From: a bacterium
GTDB taxonomy: Bacteria > Bdellovibrionota_B > Oligoflexia > Oligoflexales > RGVZ01
Assembly (NCBI GenBank): GCA_043757325.1
Contig: JAYVPO010000116.1
Location: 4,157-68,156 of the forward strand
Length of the DNA: 64,000 nt
Reading direction: 5' to 3'
Shown one piece after another: positions 45,487-55,051 of this stretch; within the stretch, counting starts at the first letter, position 1; each line of letters opens with the position of its first letter. Both the position numbers and the translations under genes were made by a program. The notes beneath the pieces are model-generated. The model made no database searches. It worked only from the letters and a program-made list of their open reading frames with translations, and was not told where the DNA came from.

Positions 45487-47331
45487 GTGCAATTGTGTTC
45501 AAAAAAAGTCTGTCTATTACTACTTTCGCTGCTAGTAACAATCGTTGGTTCTAATCCAGCCGACGCTTCAACCGCGGACTGCGAATCACGCTTTGACGGA
45601 AACTTTTCGGGTAAAGTTGAATTTGAGAAAGCAATTCGAGCCAATTTAGATCAAAACGAGCCGCGTTTGGTTTATGCGGATTTACTTGATGAAGTAGGTC
45701 ACCATGATCTCGCCGACCTTATTCGGGTGCAAATTGAACTGGCGCAAGGCAATCCGGATCTTTCAGAGGAATATGTGCAGCACCTTAATGAGACTCAAGT
45801 CGCGTTAACCTCAAGGCTTCAGTCAGGTATAACTTTAAACGGTTACTGGAACAGGGGGTTTTGGATGGCCAAACCTTTACAATTACCTGCCCAGTTAAGC
45901 GAAATTGAAAATTTCGCGAACAAAATACGTAGGGAATTAACGAAGCCCGAAATGGCTTTATATCGAATAGAATTCCCCAAAATGAGAGTTGATGCCGACC
46001 AAGCGCTACTATATGCCCTTGCAGGCCATTTTGCAAAAGAGTCGATAGATGCCGACGCCGATCCTCGTTATTTTGAAGCTTTCACACAGCTGTTAAATGA
46101 TTATTCATCATCGCGAAGAGGCTTTTCTCGTGCCCGAAGGTCACAGTTTCTTGAAGTACTTGATCATCTTCATTTGGCGTCAACAGAACCTCTTGGAAAT
46201 TATAGAGTGCCGTTGATTGAAAATGCCATTCAAATATTGGATAACTTCACACCTGGAACCTATGAAACAGGGGTAGACCGAACAAATATCAGTGTTGACA
46301 ATCTTCGCGATCATTTGTTTAGCCTGTTGGATTTTAATGAATTCGAGTGGTTTGGTGAATATAGTGCTGGCAATATTGGAATAATCAATAATCTTAATGC
46401 ACTCGTCCAAAGTTCACAGCTAGTGGATAAAGACGTGGAGATTCAGGCCTTTCTCCGTAGACATTATGTTCAAGGCCAGTTGATACCCTATAGGCGCAAC
46501 GATACAATTGATTTCGCTGATTTTTTAGAAGATTTCGATAAAGAAGTTCCTGAAAAACTTGTAAAGACACCAGGTGCAATGGCTTATAAAAAATTTGCGA
46601 CAACAATAATTCAAGAACTTGCCCATTCGGCACATTCTAATAGTGTTTTCGATCTTTTAGACAAATATTATCCAATTCAGGCTTTACCTACAAACGATGG
46701 AAATCGAATTTTCTTTGAAAGTCAACTGGCGTCGGCCCTTCGAGATCACAGAGTCGCCACAGTAGATTCTAGACCCAGCAAATCTTTCCGTAAGATTATC
46801 GACGATTTTGTTGTACGCAGTAATTTCGAAGTCCACCATTTGTCACCGGAACTTTTGAAGGAAGTTGCATTTATAGGAAACGTATGCTTTTCTCATTATG
46901 GTCACTTTGCAGAACTATCCGTGCACAGTGATTCAGTTTACATTAAAGCAATTCTTTTGGCTGGCTACTTTTTACCCGTAAATGCACACGAAATATTTAA
47001 TGAAAAAAGCGATGAATTTGGAATATGGATGGAAAGTATTGATACCGCATCTCATCTTGCTTCATTGATGCAATTCCGAGATAAATTGGAAGACAAAGAA
47101 GATTTACTAGCCAACATCATACTAGATGCAGTGGCTTTTCATGCGGAAAATGAAAAAAATCACGATATGAGAAATTTATCTCTCAAATATCTTTTGAGAA
47201 TATCTCTGCAAGAAAATATAGCCAAAGCTGCGCTGCGAGGAATTGCAAAAAGATTAATGAAAGACTTAACCATACGAAATTCAATTCCCGCTGTTATTTT
47301 AGATAGTATAAAAATGTACTTGGGCGAATAA
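45487..47331 (+). CDS. Secreted protein with TIGR02996-like domain
   Basis: Signal peptide; FEKAIRANLDQNEPRLVYADLLDE.G..DLADLIRVQIELA ...WNRGF. Confidence 0.75.
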   Translation: MQLCSKKVCLLLLSLLVTIVGSNPADASTADCESRFDGNFSGKVEFEKAIRANLDQNEPRLVYADLLDEVGHHDLADLIRVQIELAQGNPDLSEEYVQHLNETQVALTSRLQSGITLNGYWNRGFWMAKPLQLPAQLSEIENFANKIRRELTKPEMALYRIEFPKMRVDADQALLYALAGHFAKESIDADADPRYFEAFTQLLNDYSSSRRGFSRARRSQFLEVLDHLHLASTEPLGNYRVPLIENAIQILDNFTPGTYETGVDRTNISVDNLRDHLFSLLDFNEFEWFGEYSAGNIGIINNLNALVQSSQLVDKDVEIQAFLRRHYVQGQLIPYRRNDTIDFADFLEDFDKEVPEKLVKTPGAMAYKKFATTIIQELAHSAHSNSVFDLLDKYYPIQALPTNDGNRIFFESQLASALRDHRVATVDSRPSKSFRKIIDDFVVRSNFEVHHLSPELLKEVAFIGNVCFSHYGHFAELSVHSDSVYIKAILLAGYFLPVNAHEIFNEKSDEFGIWMESIDTASHLASLMQFRDKLEDKEDLLANIILDAVAFHAENEKNHDMRNLSLKYLLRISLQENIAKAALRGIAKRLMKDLTIRNSIPAVILDSIKMYLGE

Positions 47332-47332
47332 A

Positions 47333-47601
47333 ATACGGAACTTTTCTTAAAATCTAAATCAGCTCTTTAATTTTTAACCTTGGAAGTTTTGGCTTTAACC
47401 GTTCACTGCAAGTTTCTTAATACCTACAAAATGAGTTGAATCAGAAAGGTCATATTCGTTGACTTTCAAATATACTTCGATGCGCTCACGAGTCTATCCA
47501 TCAAGGCATATTGAGTCTTGGCTTGAGTATGACAGCCTGGAAGTTGTTGGACTGAGGCGATAGTCACTGTCTCTTTCGGTAATGACGTTAAACTCTATCA
47601 C
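47333..47601 (-). pseudogene. Decayed hicB-hicA toxin-antitoxin pair
   Basis: Minus strand, over two frameshifts: IEFNVITERDSD / ASVQQLPGCHTQAKT..ALMDR / RERIEVYLKV...FVGIKKLAVNG*, then PKLPRLKIKELI*ILRK (HicA N-terminus). Confidence 0.8.
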
Positions 47602-47687
47602 ATCGAGTTTTTAGCGATTTGTTTTGTACAAAATAACTTAAAAATTAAACAATACGTTTATACTCTAGCGCGAAATTCGAAAACTGA

Positions 47688-47807
47688 GCTGGCGCTAAAT
47701 AAAAAAAAGGACAAAGCGACGAGAAAAACCCGACGAAGACAGTGCTACCCACACGGCAAGGAGGGTTTTTTGAAGTCAACGCAGTCATTTTTATCATTTC
47801 GCGCCAG
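47688..47807 (+). repeat. RPE-like palindromic element, subfamily 1, full-length copy C
   Basis: CTGGCGC...GCGCCAG termini, inner AAAAACCC/GGGTTTTT stem, 31-nt identity with copy A. Confidence 0.85.
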
Positions 47808-47814
47808 AGAAAAC

Positions 47815-48393
47815 TCAGTGCAATAACAGCTTTTTCTGGAGAATATCCACGCCCGTTTTTTTTAAGCTTGAAATTAATATGACATCATTTGAATTCAACC
47901 CGAATGAAGAACTTGCAGAAGCCTGGGCTTTTAGAGCATCAGTGCGGTTAAGTTTATCCGACTTTGTCAGAGCAATCAAAACAGGATGAGGACTTAAAAA
48001 TTCAAAGATTTCTTTATCCTCTGGATCTACCCCATCTAGAACTCTTCGCGCATCGATCAGAAAAATAACTTTTTCAATTGAAACTCTTTGCAAAACGCTA
48101 CCGATAAGTTCTTGCCAATTTTTGCGAATTTTATCAGAAATTGCAGAGTAACCATAACCAGGCAAGTCGATAAAAATATTGTGTTTTCCAACCTGGAAAA
48201 AATTCACAAGCTGAGTCCTTCCAGGCATTGACGAACTAATAGCCAAATTTCTCTTTTGGGCCAAGGCACTGAGCAAACTAGACTTTCCACTGTTAGATCG
48301 ACCCACAAAAATGACATCTTTTTTAGCCATGTCAGGTTTGACAAATTGGTCTGGTGTTGCGGCACTTTTGATAAATATCGATTGCATTGTCAC
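47815..48393 (-). CDS. engB: Ribosome biogenesis GTP-binding protein YihA/YsxC
   Basis: GRSNSGKSS, PGRTQLVNFF, DLPGYGY, TKSDK. Confidence 0.95.
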   Translation of the reverse strand: MTMQSIFIKSAATPDQFVKPDMAKKDVIFVGRSNSGKSSLLSALAQKRNLAISSSMPGRTQLVNFFQVGKHNIFIDLPGYGYSAISDKIRKNWQELIGSVLQRVSIEKVIFLIDARRVLDGVDPEDKEIFEFLSPHPVLIALTKSDKLNRTDALKAQASASSSFGLNSNDVILISSLKKTGVDILQKKLLLH

Positions 48394-48439
48394 GCTCTAA
48401 ATGTTTTTATTTTTTTGTTAATACGACTCAAGGTTACAT

Positions 48440-50236
48440 ATGCCATCTATTTTTGTTTTACCAGAACATTTAATCGATAAGATTGCCGCCGGCGAAGTTG
48501 TCGAGCGACCAGCAAGCTTAATAAAAGAGCTCATAGAGAACGCAATTGATGCCGGAGCTCGCCAAATTCATATTCAAATTGAAAACGGTGGCAAGTCGTT
48601 TATATCGGTTGCAGACGATGGCAACGGTATGTCTGAGGCCGACTTGGTGCTGTCCATAAGGCGTCATGCCACGAGTAAAATAGCAGCCTTTGAAGAGCTT
48701 TTTTCCCTTGGTACCCACGGCTTTCGTGGAGAAGCTCTGGCTGCTATTGCGGCGGTTTCTCAGTTTTCCATCATTTCAAAGCAAGAAAACGCCGAAAACG
48801 CGTCCGTTTTAAAATGCCAGAATCAAGATATCTCCGTATCTTCCACAACCCGGAAAACCGGTACGACAGTTATCTGTCGCGAACTTTTTTTCAATACTCC
48901 GGCTCGCGCCCAGTTTTTAAAATCCGACGGTGCCGAAACCCAAGCCTGTAAAGAAATAGTTTTACAGCTTGCCTTAAGCCATCCAGATGTTGAAATGCGT
49001 TTGTCCCAAAACGACCGTGATCTTATTTATGTCGAGAAAACTCACTCCGATGACCTTGCCAGGAACTTAAACAATCGTATTGGTGAACTTTTTGACAAAG
49101 ACTTCGCCAAAAATCTTGTGGCGGTAAAATCCGAATCCTCGTACGGCAGTGTTATGGGATTTATTTCGCGACCTGGAGTCGAGAAATCCACCGGCAAAGA
49201 TATTTATACACTTGTAAATCAACGGGTTATTATCGACCGGAACCTACGTGCAGCGATTTTGAGAGGTTATCATTCGCATTTATTGCCGGGTAGGTTCCCG
49301 TTTGTGGTATTGGATATCCGTGTGCCGCCTGCAACCTTAGACGTAAATGTCCATCCAGCCAAGACTCAAGTGCGGTTTCAATATACTGCCGAAGTCAACC
49401 ATTTGATTGTGGAAGCAGTGCGCTCGGGCCTAAGGCAAGGAGACTGGACAAATAGTGTCCAGGCAGGAAATTTAACACAGATTTTTGCCAATCCCGCCAC
49501 GGCTCAAAACACCCAGGCAAGTGTGTTTGCTTCGGCGGGTTCGCACTCGTTTCAGCCACCAAAAATCCGCATCCAAACAGCCGACTTCAGCCAAAAAGCA
49601 CCGGCTCAGATTTTCGATGAATTTCAAGAAAATCTGCCCCAGAGTGTTTCTCCAACAGAAATTATTGACTGGCAACAAGCTAAAATACTCGGTGATTTCG
49701 CTGCTTGTTATCAATTTGTGTCGTTAAGCTCGGATAAATTACTCGTACTAGACCAGCACGCATTTCATGAGCGGGTACTCTATGAACGACTGGTAGGACA
49801 ACCCGATTATTTCAATAAATCCCAGAAGCTTTTAATCCCAGAGGAAATTGAACTGGATGAATCCATTATAGAAATATTAATGACCAAAGCCGCTGAGCTA
49901 AAAACCTTTGGGTTCCAGTTTGAAAAAATGCCGGGCAATCATTTGGAAATTAGAAATTTACCGGTTATTTTAATGAATGCTTCACTTCCCAAGCTATTTA
50001 CCGACCTAGCTTTAATTTCTAATGCCGAGCCAAGTTCTAGTAATGCAGTGCATCAAATATTTTCGACGTTTGCTTGTCATAGTGCTGTTCGCAAGGGAGA
50101 TCACCTTACTCATGAAGACTGGGCACAACTTTTTAGGGAGGCAAGTACAGTGGATTTTTTCCATAATTGCCCACACGGAAGACCAGTTTTTAAGGTGTTC
50201 ACACAAGTCGAAGTGGCTCGGTGGTTCGAACGTTAA
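48440..50236 (+). CDS. mutL: DNA mismatch repair endonuclease MutL
   Basis: IAAGEVVERPAS..KELIENAIDAG, GFRGEAL, DVNVHPAK, DQHAFHER, CPHGRP. Confidence 0.97.
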   Translation: MPSIFVLPEHLIDKIAAGEVVERPASLIKELIENAIDAGARQIHIQIENGGKSFISVADDGNGMSEADLVLSIRRHATSKIAAFEELFSLGTHGFRGEALAAIAAVSQFSIISKQENAENASVLKCQNQDISVSSTTRKTGTTVICRELFFNTPARAQFLKSDGAETQACKEIVLQLALSHPDVEMRLSQNDRDLIYVEKTHSDDLARNLNNRIGELFDKDFAKNLVAVKSESSYGSVMGFISRPGVEKSTGKDIYTLVNQRVIIDRNLRAAILRGYHSHLLPGRFPFVVLDIRVPPATLDVNVHPAKTQVRFQYTAEVNHLIVEAVRSGLRQGDWTNSVQAGNLTQIFANPATAQNTQASVFASAGSHSFQPPKIRIQTADFSQKAPAQIFDEFQENLPQSVSPTEIIDWQQAKILGDFAACYQFVSLSSDKLLVLDQHAFHERVLYERLVGQPDYFNKSQKLLIPEEIELDESIIEILMTKAAELKTFGFQFEKMPGNHLEIRNLPVILMNASLPKLFTDLALISNAEPSSSNAVHQIFSTFACHSAVRKGDHLTHEDWAQLFREASTVDFFHNCPHGRPVFKVFTQVEVARWFER

Positions 50237-51285
50237 TGAGTGCGATCGAGCAACATCCGACAACACTCGCGCAGTAAATTTACATTTAATCCTCGTGCTT
50301 CGAGATCAAGCAGTGCTCGTAAAGCGCGATCCGTATAAACCTGTGCGTGGTTGAGAGTTTCTTCGATACAATTGTGCTCGATAATTTTAGCATGGATTTT
50401 TTCGGAGGTATTTTGCACCAAAGAAATGTTTTTTATTTCAGCAATAAAAACTTCCGTAAAATCTTGCCAATCGTTGGCCGAAATTTTCTCGCGTAAAATA
50501 AGCAACGGCAGTGTGAATTTGCCTTCATTTAAATCGGAATAAGCTTTTTTGCCAGTCAAGTGTCCACTTTGGCTCATATCAATCGCATCATCTATAATTT
50601 GATACGCCAACCCTACGTTCAAACCAAATTCATAAAAATAAGTACTTAGATCATCGCGATTGGCCAAAAATGCCGCCGCCTCGCAAGATCTTGCAAGTAA
50701 AATTGCGGTTTTATATTCGATAATTTTTAAATACAGAGCTTTTTCAATCTGCGCATTAAAAATATTCTCCAGCTGAATAAGTTCACCCTCACTCATTTTT
50801 CGAACCGTTTGAGCGAAGCCTTCGACGATTTTTAAATTTCCAGTCTGAGCCATTAATTCGCTAGCACGGGCGTAAATTAAGTCTCCAGTCAAAACACTCG
50901 ACTCATCACCCCAGATCTTCCTGGCTGCGGGTTTTCCTCGTCTTAAAGTGCTATCGTCCACCACATCGTCGTGCAAAAGACTTGCCGCATGGATGTACTC
51001 AGGCACAACGGCCATCGAGTGCAAAAAGGCACCTCTAAAATTCAAGGCAAGGCATGACATATAATACAAAGCCGGTCTAACTCGTTTGCCGCCTTGGGCA
51101 AAAATATGAGCACTTATCGACGCAGCAGTTTTTGTTTCGGTTTGAAGAAATAACCCGAGGTTTTTTTCCAAGCTGATTAAATCTTCCTGAATTTCCGCAT
51201 AACATCTCAAGAATGTTGATTTTTTCGCAAGCGGAATAATGGAACTTACCACCTTTGCGCTGGATGTGAGATTTATCCCAAGCAT
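50233..51285 (-). CDS. ispB: Polyprenyl diphosphate synthase (IspB-like)
   Basis: GGKRVRP, LLHDDVVD....RRG, KTA, YQIIDD, DLNEGKFTLP. Confidence 0.88.
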   Translation of the reverse strand: MLGINLTSSAKVVSSIIPLAKKSTFLRCYAEIQEDLISLEKNLGLFLQTETKTAASISAHIFAQGGKRVRPALYYMSCLALNFRGAFLHSMAVVPEYIHAASLLHDDVVDDSTLRRGKPAARKIWGDESSVLTGDLIYARASELMAQTGNLKIVEGFAQTVRKMSEGELIQLENIFNAQIEKALYLKIIEYKTAILLARSCEAAAFLANRDDLSTYFYEFGLNVGLAYQIIDDAIDMSQSGHLTGKKAYSDLNEGKFTLPLLILREKISANDWQDFTEVFIAEIKNISLVQNTSEKIHAKIIEHNCIEETLNHAQVYTDRALRALLDLEARGLNVNLLRECCRMLLDRTH

Positions 51286-51383
51286 ATTTTTAGCTTACCT
51301 CTTATACCCTTAAGCTTATCATCGATTGAAATCGAATCTCAATAGTGTTAATTGATGTACAATCCAAAGGATTCGAGGTGATT

Positions 51384-52793
51384 ATGAGTAGCGCAATCGT
51401 AAACAGTTCAACTCCAACTAACGATATTCTGTCTGTTACAAGCATGCGGAAGATCAACGCATTAGATGCTGGTTTAAATATTTTCTCCGCAAAATCTGTA
51501 AAGGCAACAGAATCGTTAGTTGATCTTCAGCAGATTATGCAACTAGATAATAGTAAAGAACTTATTCAAGCAGTAGAACCCTTGGAATTATTTAAGGCCT
51601 TGAAAAAACGCGGTTATGAAGACTCGCTTGAAATTCTACCGCTTGTTTCCACAGAGCAAATGACGACTTTATTTGATCTTGAAGCTTGGTCGGAGGATGG
51701 CGAGTTGTTGCTTGAAAGTTCCCTGTCCTTTTTGAGTATTTTAAAGTCTGTAAGCAATACCTTTCTTGCACAAACCTTTAAAAATTTGGACGAAGAATAT
51801 CAGCTCGGTTTACTCGACGGCCAAGTTGAAACTGTCGAGCGAGAATTTTATGATAAAATGAACGACGTGGAACAAGATCAGCTAACACCTTTTCCCGGCG
51901 AAGAACTTTTTTACAAAGTGAAATCTGATGACCCAGAAGTCGAAGAAATTTTGGATGGATTAGTCGAAGGGTTGCTTGGACTTGATGTGGCATATGCGGT
52001 TTCACTTTTAAGCCATGCGACCTATGTGCCTCCGCTCGAACAAAAATCCTTGGCTGCGCAATTTCGCAATAGCCGCCTTGGAGAATACGGTTTTGTGCCT
52101 TATGAAGACAGCCTGCAGGTTTGGAATCCCAGTGAATTAAATCTGCGATTTCCGAACGTTGGTTTTCCAAAAACTTCGGCAACTATCGTAACTAAAACTT
52201 CTCAGACGTTTTTTTTAGAATTGGTTTTTGAATATATCGAAAAGCATTCTGATCTCATTAAAGTCCAAGATTTGAGAAGGAATTTACTTTATTTTTCAAA
52301 CATGCTTGCCAGTGCTTGCCGTGTGGCACCAGAAAATCTGCATGGTCTGCAAGCGATCCTAGATAGAGCGCGCAGTATGATTAATTTTTCTTTGGAAAAG
52401 GTTTCGGGAGGAGACCTTGCGCTCGCGGCCGAAATTTTATTATCCACGAGCCCCAAAGAAATTTTTCAGAATACAATTCGAGAAGTTGATGTTTTAAGGC
52501 GACAGATTGTCCAGCACATAGCAAAACATTACATTGAACATGCTCTAAAAATTGAAAATTTGCTTTATTACCGAAGGCATGGAGAGATGCTAAATTATAT
52601 CGATTGCCAGTTACTTTCTATTTATGGTTTTGAAACCTGCGAAGTTTTAAAAGCATTGTTTAATCGCTTTCCTTCAGTTTTGGTAGAAAAAAACCCAAAC
52701 GACAGACAACGGTATATTTTTAGAACTTTAAGCTCGGCCGAAGATTTTTCGATACTTCAGGAATTTGTGACCTATTTTATAGCAGAAACTTGA
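51384..52793 (+). CDS. DUF6178-like protein
   Basis: LIQAVEPLELF..LK..G.EDSLEIL...S.EQ....FDLEAW and FRNSRL...GF.P.E pattern; GAGGTG RBS. Confidence 0.65.
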   Translation: MSSAIVNSSTPTNDILSVTSMRKINALDAGLNIFSAKSVKATESLVDLQQIMQLDNSKELIQAVEPLELFKALKKRGYEDSLEILPLVSTEQMTTLFDLEAWSEDGELLLESSLSFLSILKSVSNTFLAQTFKNLDEEYQLGLLDGQVETVEREFYDKMNDVEQDQLTPFPGEELFYKVKSDDPEVEEILDGLVEGLLGLDVAYAVSLLSHATYVPPLEQKSLAAQFRNSRLGEYGFVPYEDSLQVWNPSELNLRFPNVGFPKTSATIVTKTSQTFFLELVFEYIEKHSDLIKVQDLRRNLLYFSNMLASACRVAPENLHGLQAILDRARSMINFSLEKVSGGDLALAAEILLSTSPKEIFQNTIREVDVLRRQIVQHIAKHYIEHALKIENLLYYRRHGEMLNYIDCQLLSIYGFETCEVLKALFNRFPSVLVEKNPNDRQRYIFRTLSSAEDFSILQEFVTYFIAET

Positions 52794-52816
52794 AAGTTTT
52801 ATATTAAGGAGTGAGT

Positions 52817-53305
52817 ATGAAAGATAAAAATTTAGAAAACGATATTTATCAAGCCATCAGTGTCCTTCCAGCTGAATCGACCGAACTTCTCGAAACTAAA
52901 CATCGGCCGTTTTTAGAAGATCGTTTTTTTGAAATTCAAGTAAAAGCTAAACAAGAATACGTTGAGCTTAAAGTTACTTTGCGAAATCAATTAAAGTCAT
53001 TTAATTATCCTGTAGAGGCAAGAATTTTAACAACCGAGCAGGACCTATCTGTTACGGATAGTTATTTTTTGTTAATTGATTTTATCGATGATTATTTTAG
53101 TGAGTACTTTGCTGATGGCAATACGTTTTTGCCCATAGATTGGGCAAATTTTGAAAGTGGCGGCAAAAAAATCCAGGCTCGAGGACAAATTACCAATACT
53201 TATTTGGAAGAATTAGCAGACCGTTTTTTAGCCGGCGAAAAAGTTCAATGTGACAAAACTCAAGACACGGTTCTTTTTGGAAGGTATCCGGAGCATCGGG
53301 TTTAA
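52817..53305 (+). CDS. Hypothetical protein
   Basis: AAGGAG RBS; acidic protein with YPVEAR and FLPIDW motifs; co-oriented with the DUF6178-like gene. Confidence 0.75.
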   Translation: MKDKNLENDIYQAISVLPAESTELLETKHRPFLEDRFFEIQVKAKQEYVELKVTLRNQLKSFNYPVEARILTTEQDLSVTDSYFLLIDFIDDYFSEYFADGNTFLPIDWANFESGGKKIQARGQITNTYLEELADRFLAGEKVQCDKTQDTVLFGRYPEHRV

Positions 53306-53306
53306 A

Positions 53307-54311
53307 TCAGGCAGCTTTCTGTGCTTGGGCAAACTTTAAAATAATATCTTCACCGCCGGAAATTGTTTCGCCGTCATGAATACTTACGCGATTTCTGCCG
53401 TTATGTTTTGAGTGGTAGAGGGCCGCATCAGCCCTGCCTATGGTATCTTTTGTTGTTTCTGAACCAACAAGAACTTGGGCTACGCCGGCGCTAATTGTGA
53501 CTGGAATAATTTTATTGTCAAATTCGAAAACATAGCTTTCGATGTTTTTACGCGCTTTGTCTGCTGCAACTGCCGTTCCACCAAAATGACTCGCAGGTAG
53601 AATAACCAAGAATTCTTCGCCACCGTACCGACAGATAATATCGGTTTTGCGAAACGAGGTGAATAAAATTTTCGACACATGTTTAATTATAAAATCACCA
53701 GCTAAATGGCCGTGAACATCATTTATTTTTTTGAAAAAATCGATATCAAAAATTACCAGCGACATTTTTCGATGTTCAGAATTCGCTGGGAGTTGGAGCA
53801 GTTGTTTTTCTTGGGTCAATAAGTAATCGTCAAAATAGCCGCGATTATACAGCCCAGTTAAGCGGTCGGTAATGGATTGCGTAGCCTTGTCTTTATACTT
53901 ATCTTGGAGCTGGGTTTCTGCGGTTACATCTCGCATTAAAATAAAAGTTCCAATAACAATATTATTTTCGATAAAAGGAAAAATCCCCAAAATGCACGTC
54001 GCTTCGCGACCGGTAAAACTCACAACTTTAATTTCGTCGATTCGGGCCGGCTCTTTGTGCTCTAGGATTTTGCCAATATGTAGCGGGTGATCCCCCAATT
54101 GAAAATCCATTACATCATTAATATTAGTAGCGCGAACAATTTGCTTGGTTGTCATTCCGGTAATTTGAGATAGCAAAGCGTTGCATTTTAGTACCCGGCC
54201 CTCATTGTTAATAATGGCGTACGCATCAAGCAGGCATTTACTAAAATGTTCATGCACCTTAAATTTTTCTAAAATAAGTGCGTCGTTATCGAGTTTTAAT
54301 ACTTCATTCAT
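53307..54311 (-). CDS. PAS-GGDEF diguanylate cyclase
   Basis: TDRLTGLYNR, DIDFFKKINDVHGHLAGD, RKTD I-site, RYGGEEF, ADAALYHSK..GRNRV. Confidence 0.95.
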   Translation of the reverse strand: MNEVLKLDNDALILEKFKVHEHFSKCLLDAYAIINNEGRVLKCNALLSQITGMTTKQIVRATNINDVMDFQLGDHPLHIGKILEHKEPARIDEIKVVSFTGREATCILGIFPFIENNIVIGTFILMRDVTAETQLQDKYKDKATQSITDRLTGLYNRGYFDDYLLTQEKQLLQLPANSEHRKMSLVIFDIDFFKKINDVHGHLAGDFIIKHVSKILFTSFRKTDIICRYGGEEFLVILPASHFGGTAVAADKARKNIESYVFEFDNKIIPVTISAGVAQVLVGSETTKDTIGRADAALYHSKHNGRNRVSIHDGETISGGEDIILKFAQAQKAA

Positions 54312-54322
54312 AAATGACCTTT

Positions 54323-54799
54323 TTAGGCAGCTTCGACAAAAGCAAAATACTCTTCTTCTAATTCGTCAAGTTCCATGGTGTTGTTACATTTATCACAAGC
54401 AATTGTGGGTGCGGCATCTACAGTTTGTGGAAGTTTCTCACCTTTTTTAAGGAGAACATGGGCTTTGTTGTTGCATTTAGCGCAGGTGTAGTCGCCAAAT
54501 GCGGACAGAATAACGGCAGCGCCGCGAAAATTTGGAATCATATTTATTTGATTTATGATCTCAGGCGTGCACTGTTCAAAACTTACGGTGCGATCTTTTT
54601 GAAAATCGCGGATGAAATTGATCCAGCTGCGAACCCCGCACGAATTTACGTTAGTCACTTGCGCAAAATTTATAGATACGTTTTTACCGGCCTGAGTCAG
54701 TAAATTTTTTAAATGAACCTCAGACTCTTCATTAATTGGCCCAGATAATTGGACAAGGTCAAGGTCTGCTTCGTGTGAAATTTGTACGGTTAACATCAT
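54323..54799 (-). CDS. STAS-like domain protein with C-terminal Zn-ribbon
   Basis: LSGPINE, VTNVNSCGVRSW, CAKC...CDKC. Confidence 0.75.
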   Translation of the reverse strand: MMLTVQISHEADLDLVQLSGPINEESEVHLKNLLTQAGKNVSINFAQVTNVNSCGVRSWINFIRDFQKDRTVSFEQCTPEIINQINMIPNFRGAAVILSAFGDYTCAKCNNKAHVLLKKGEKLPQTVDAAPTIACDKCNNTMELDELEEEYFAFVEAA

Positions 54800-54983
54800 A
54801 TAATAATCCTCAATTGAATCTTCCTTTGTTCTTATCGGATTAAATATTAAAACTTGAATGTCTAACTGTTAAAAGTTTGGACGGCGCCAGTTTAAACTGT
54901 CTAGGCATTTTACAGGTTAAATTAATTCGTCGATTTAACGCAATGATGTCAGGTAGTTGAGCCATTTTGCGATGCGAATAACG

Positions 54984-54999
54984 TGGCATATTGTTTGCA
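54984..54999 (+). promoter_or_regulatory. sigma54 (-24/-12) promoter
   Basis: TGGCATATTGTTTGCA: GG-N10-GC with exact spacing, upstream of a lipoprotein gene. Confidence 0.6.
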
Positions 55000-55051
55000 T
55001 TTATTACTATAAGTGTCAACATAAATGGAAACGATGAAAGGAAAATTGACT

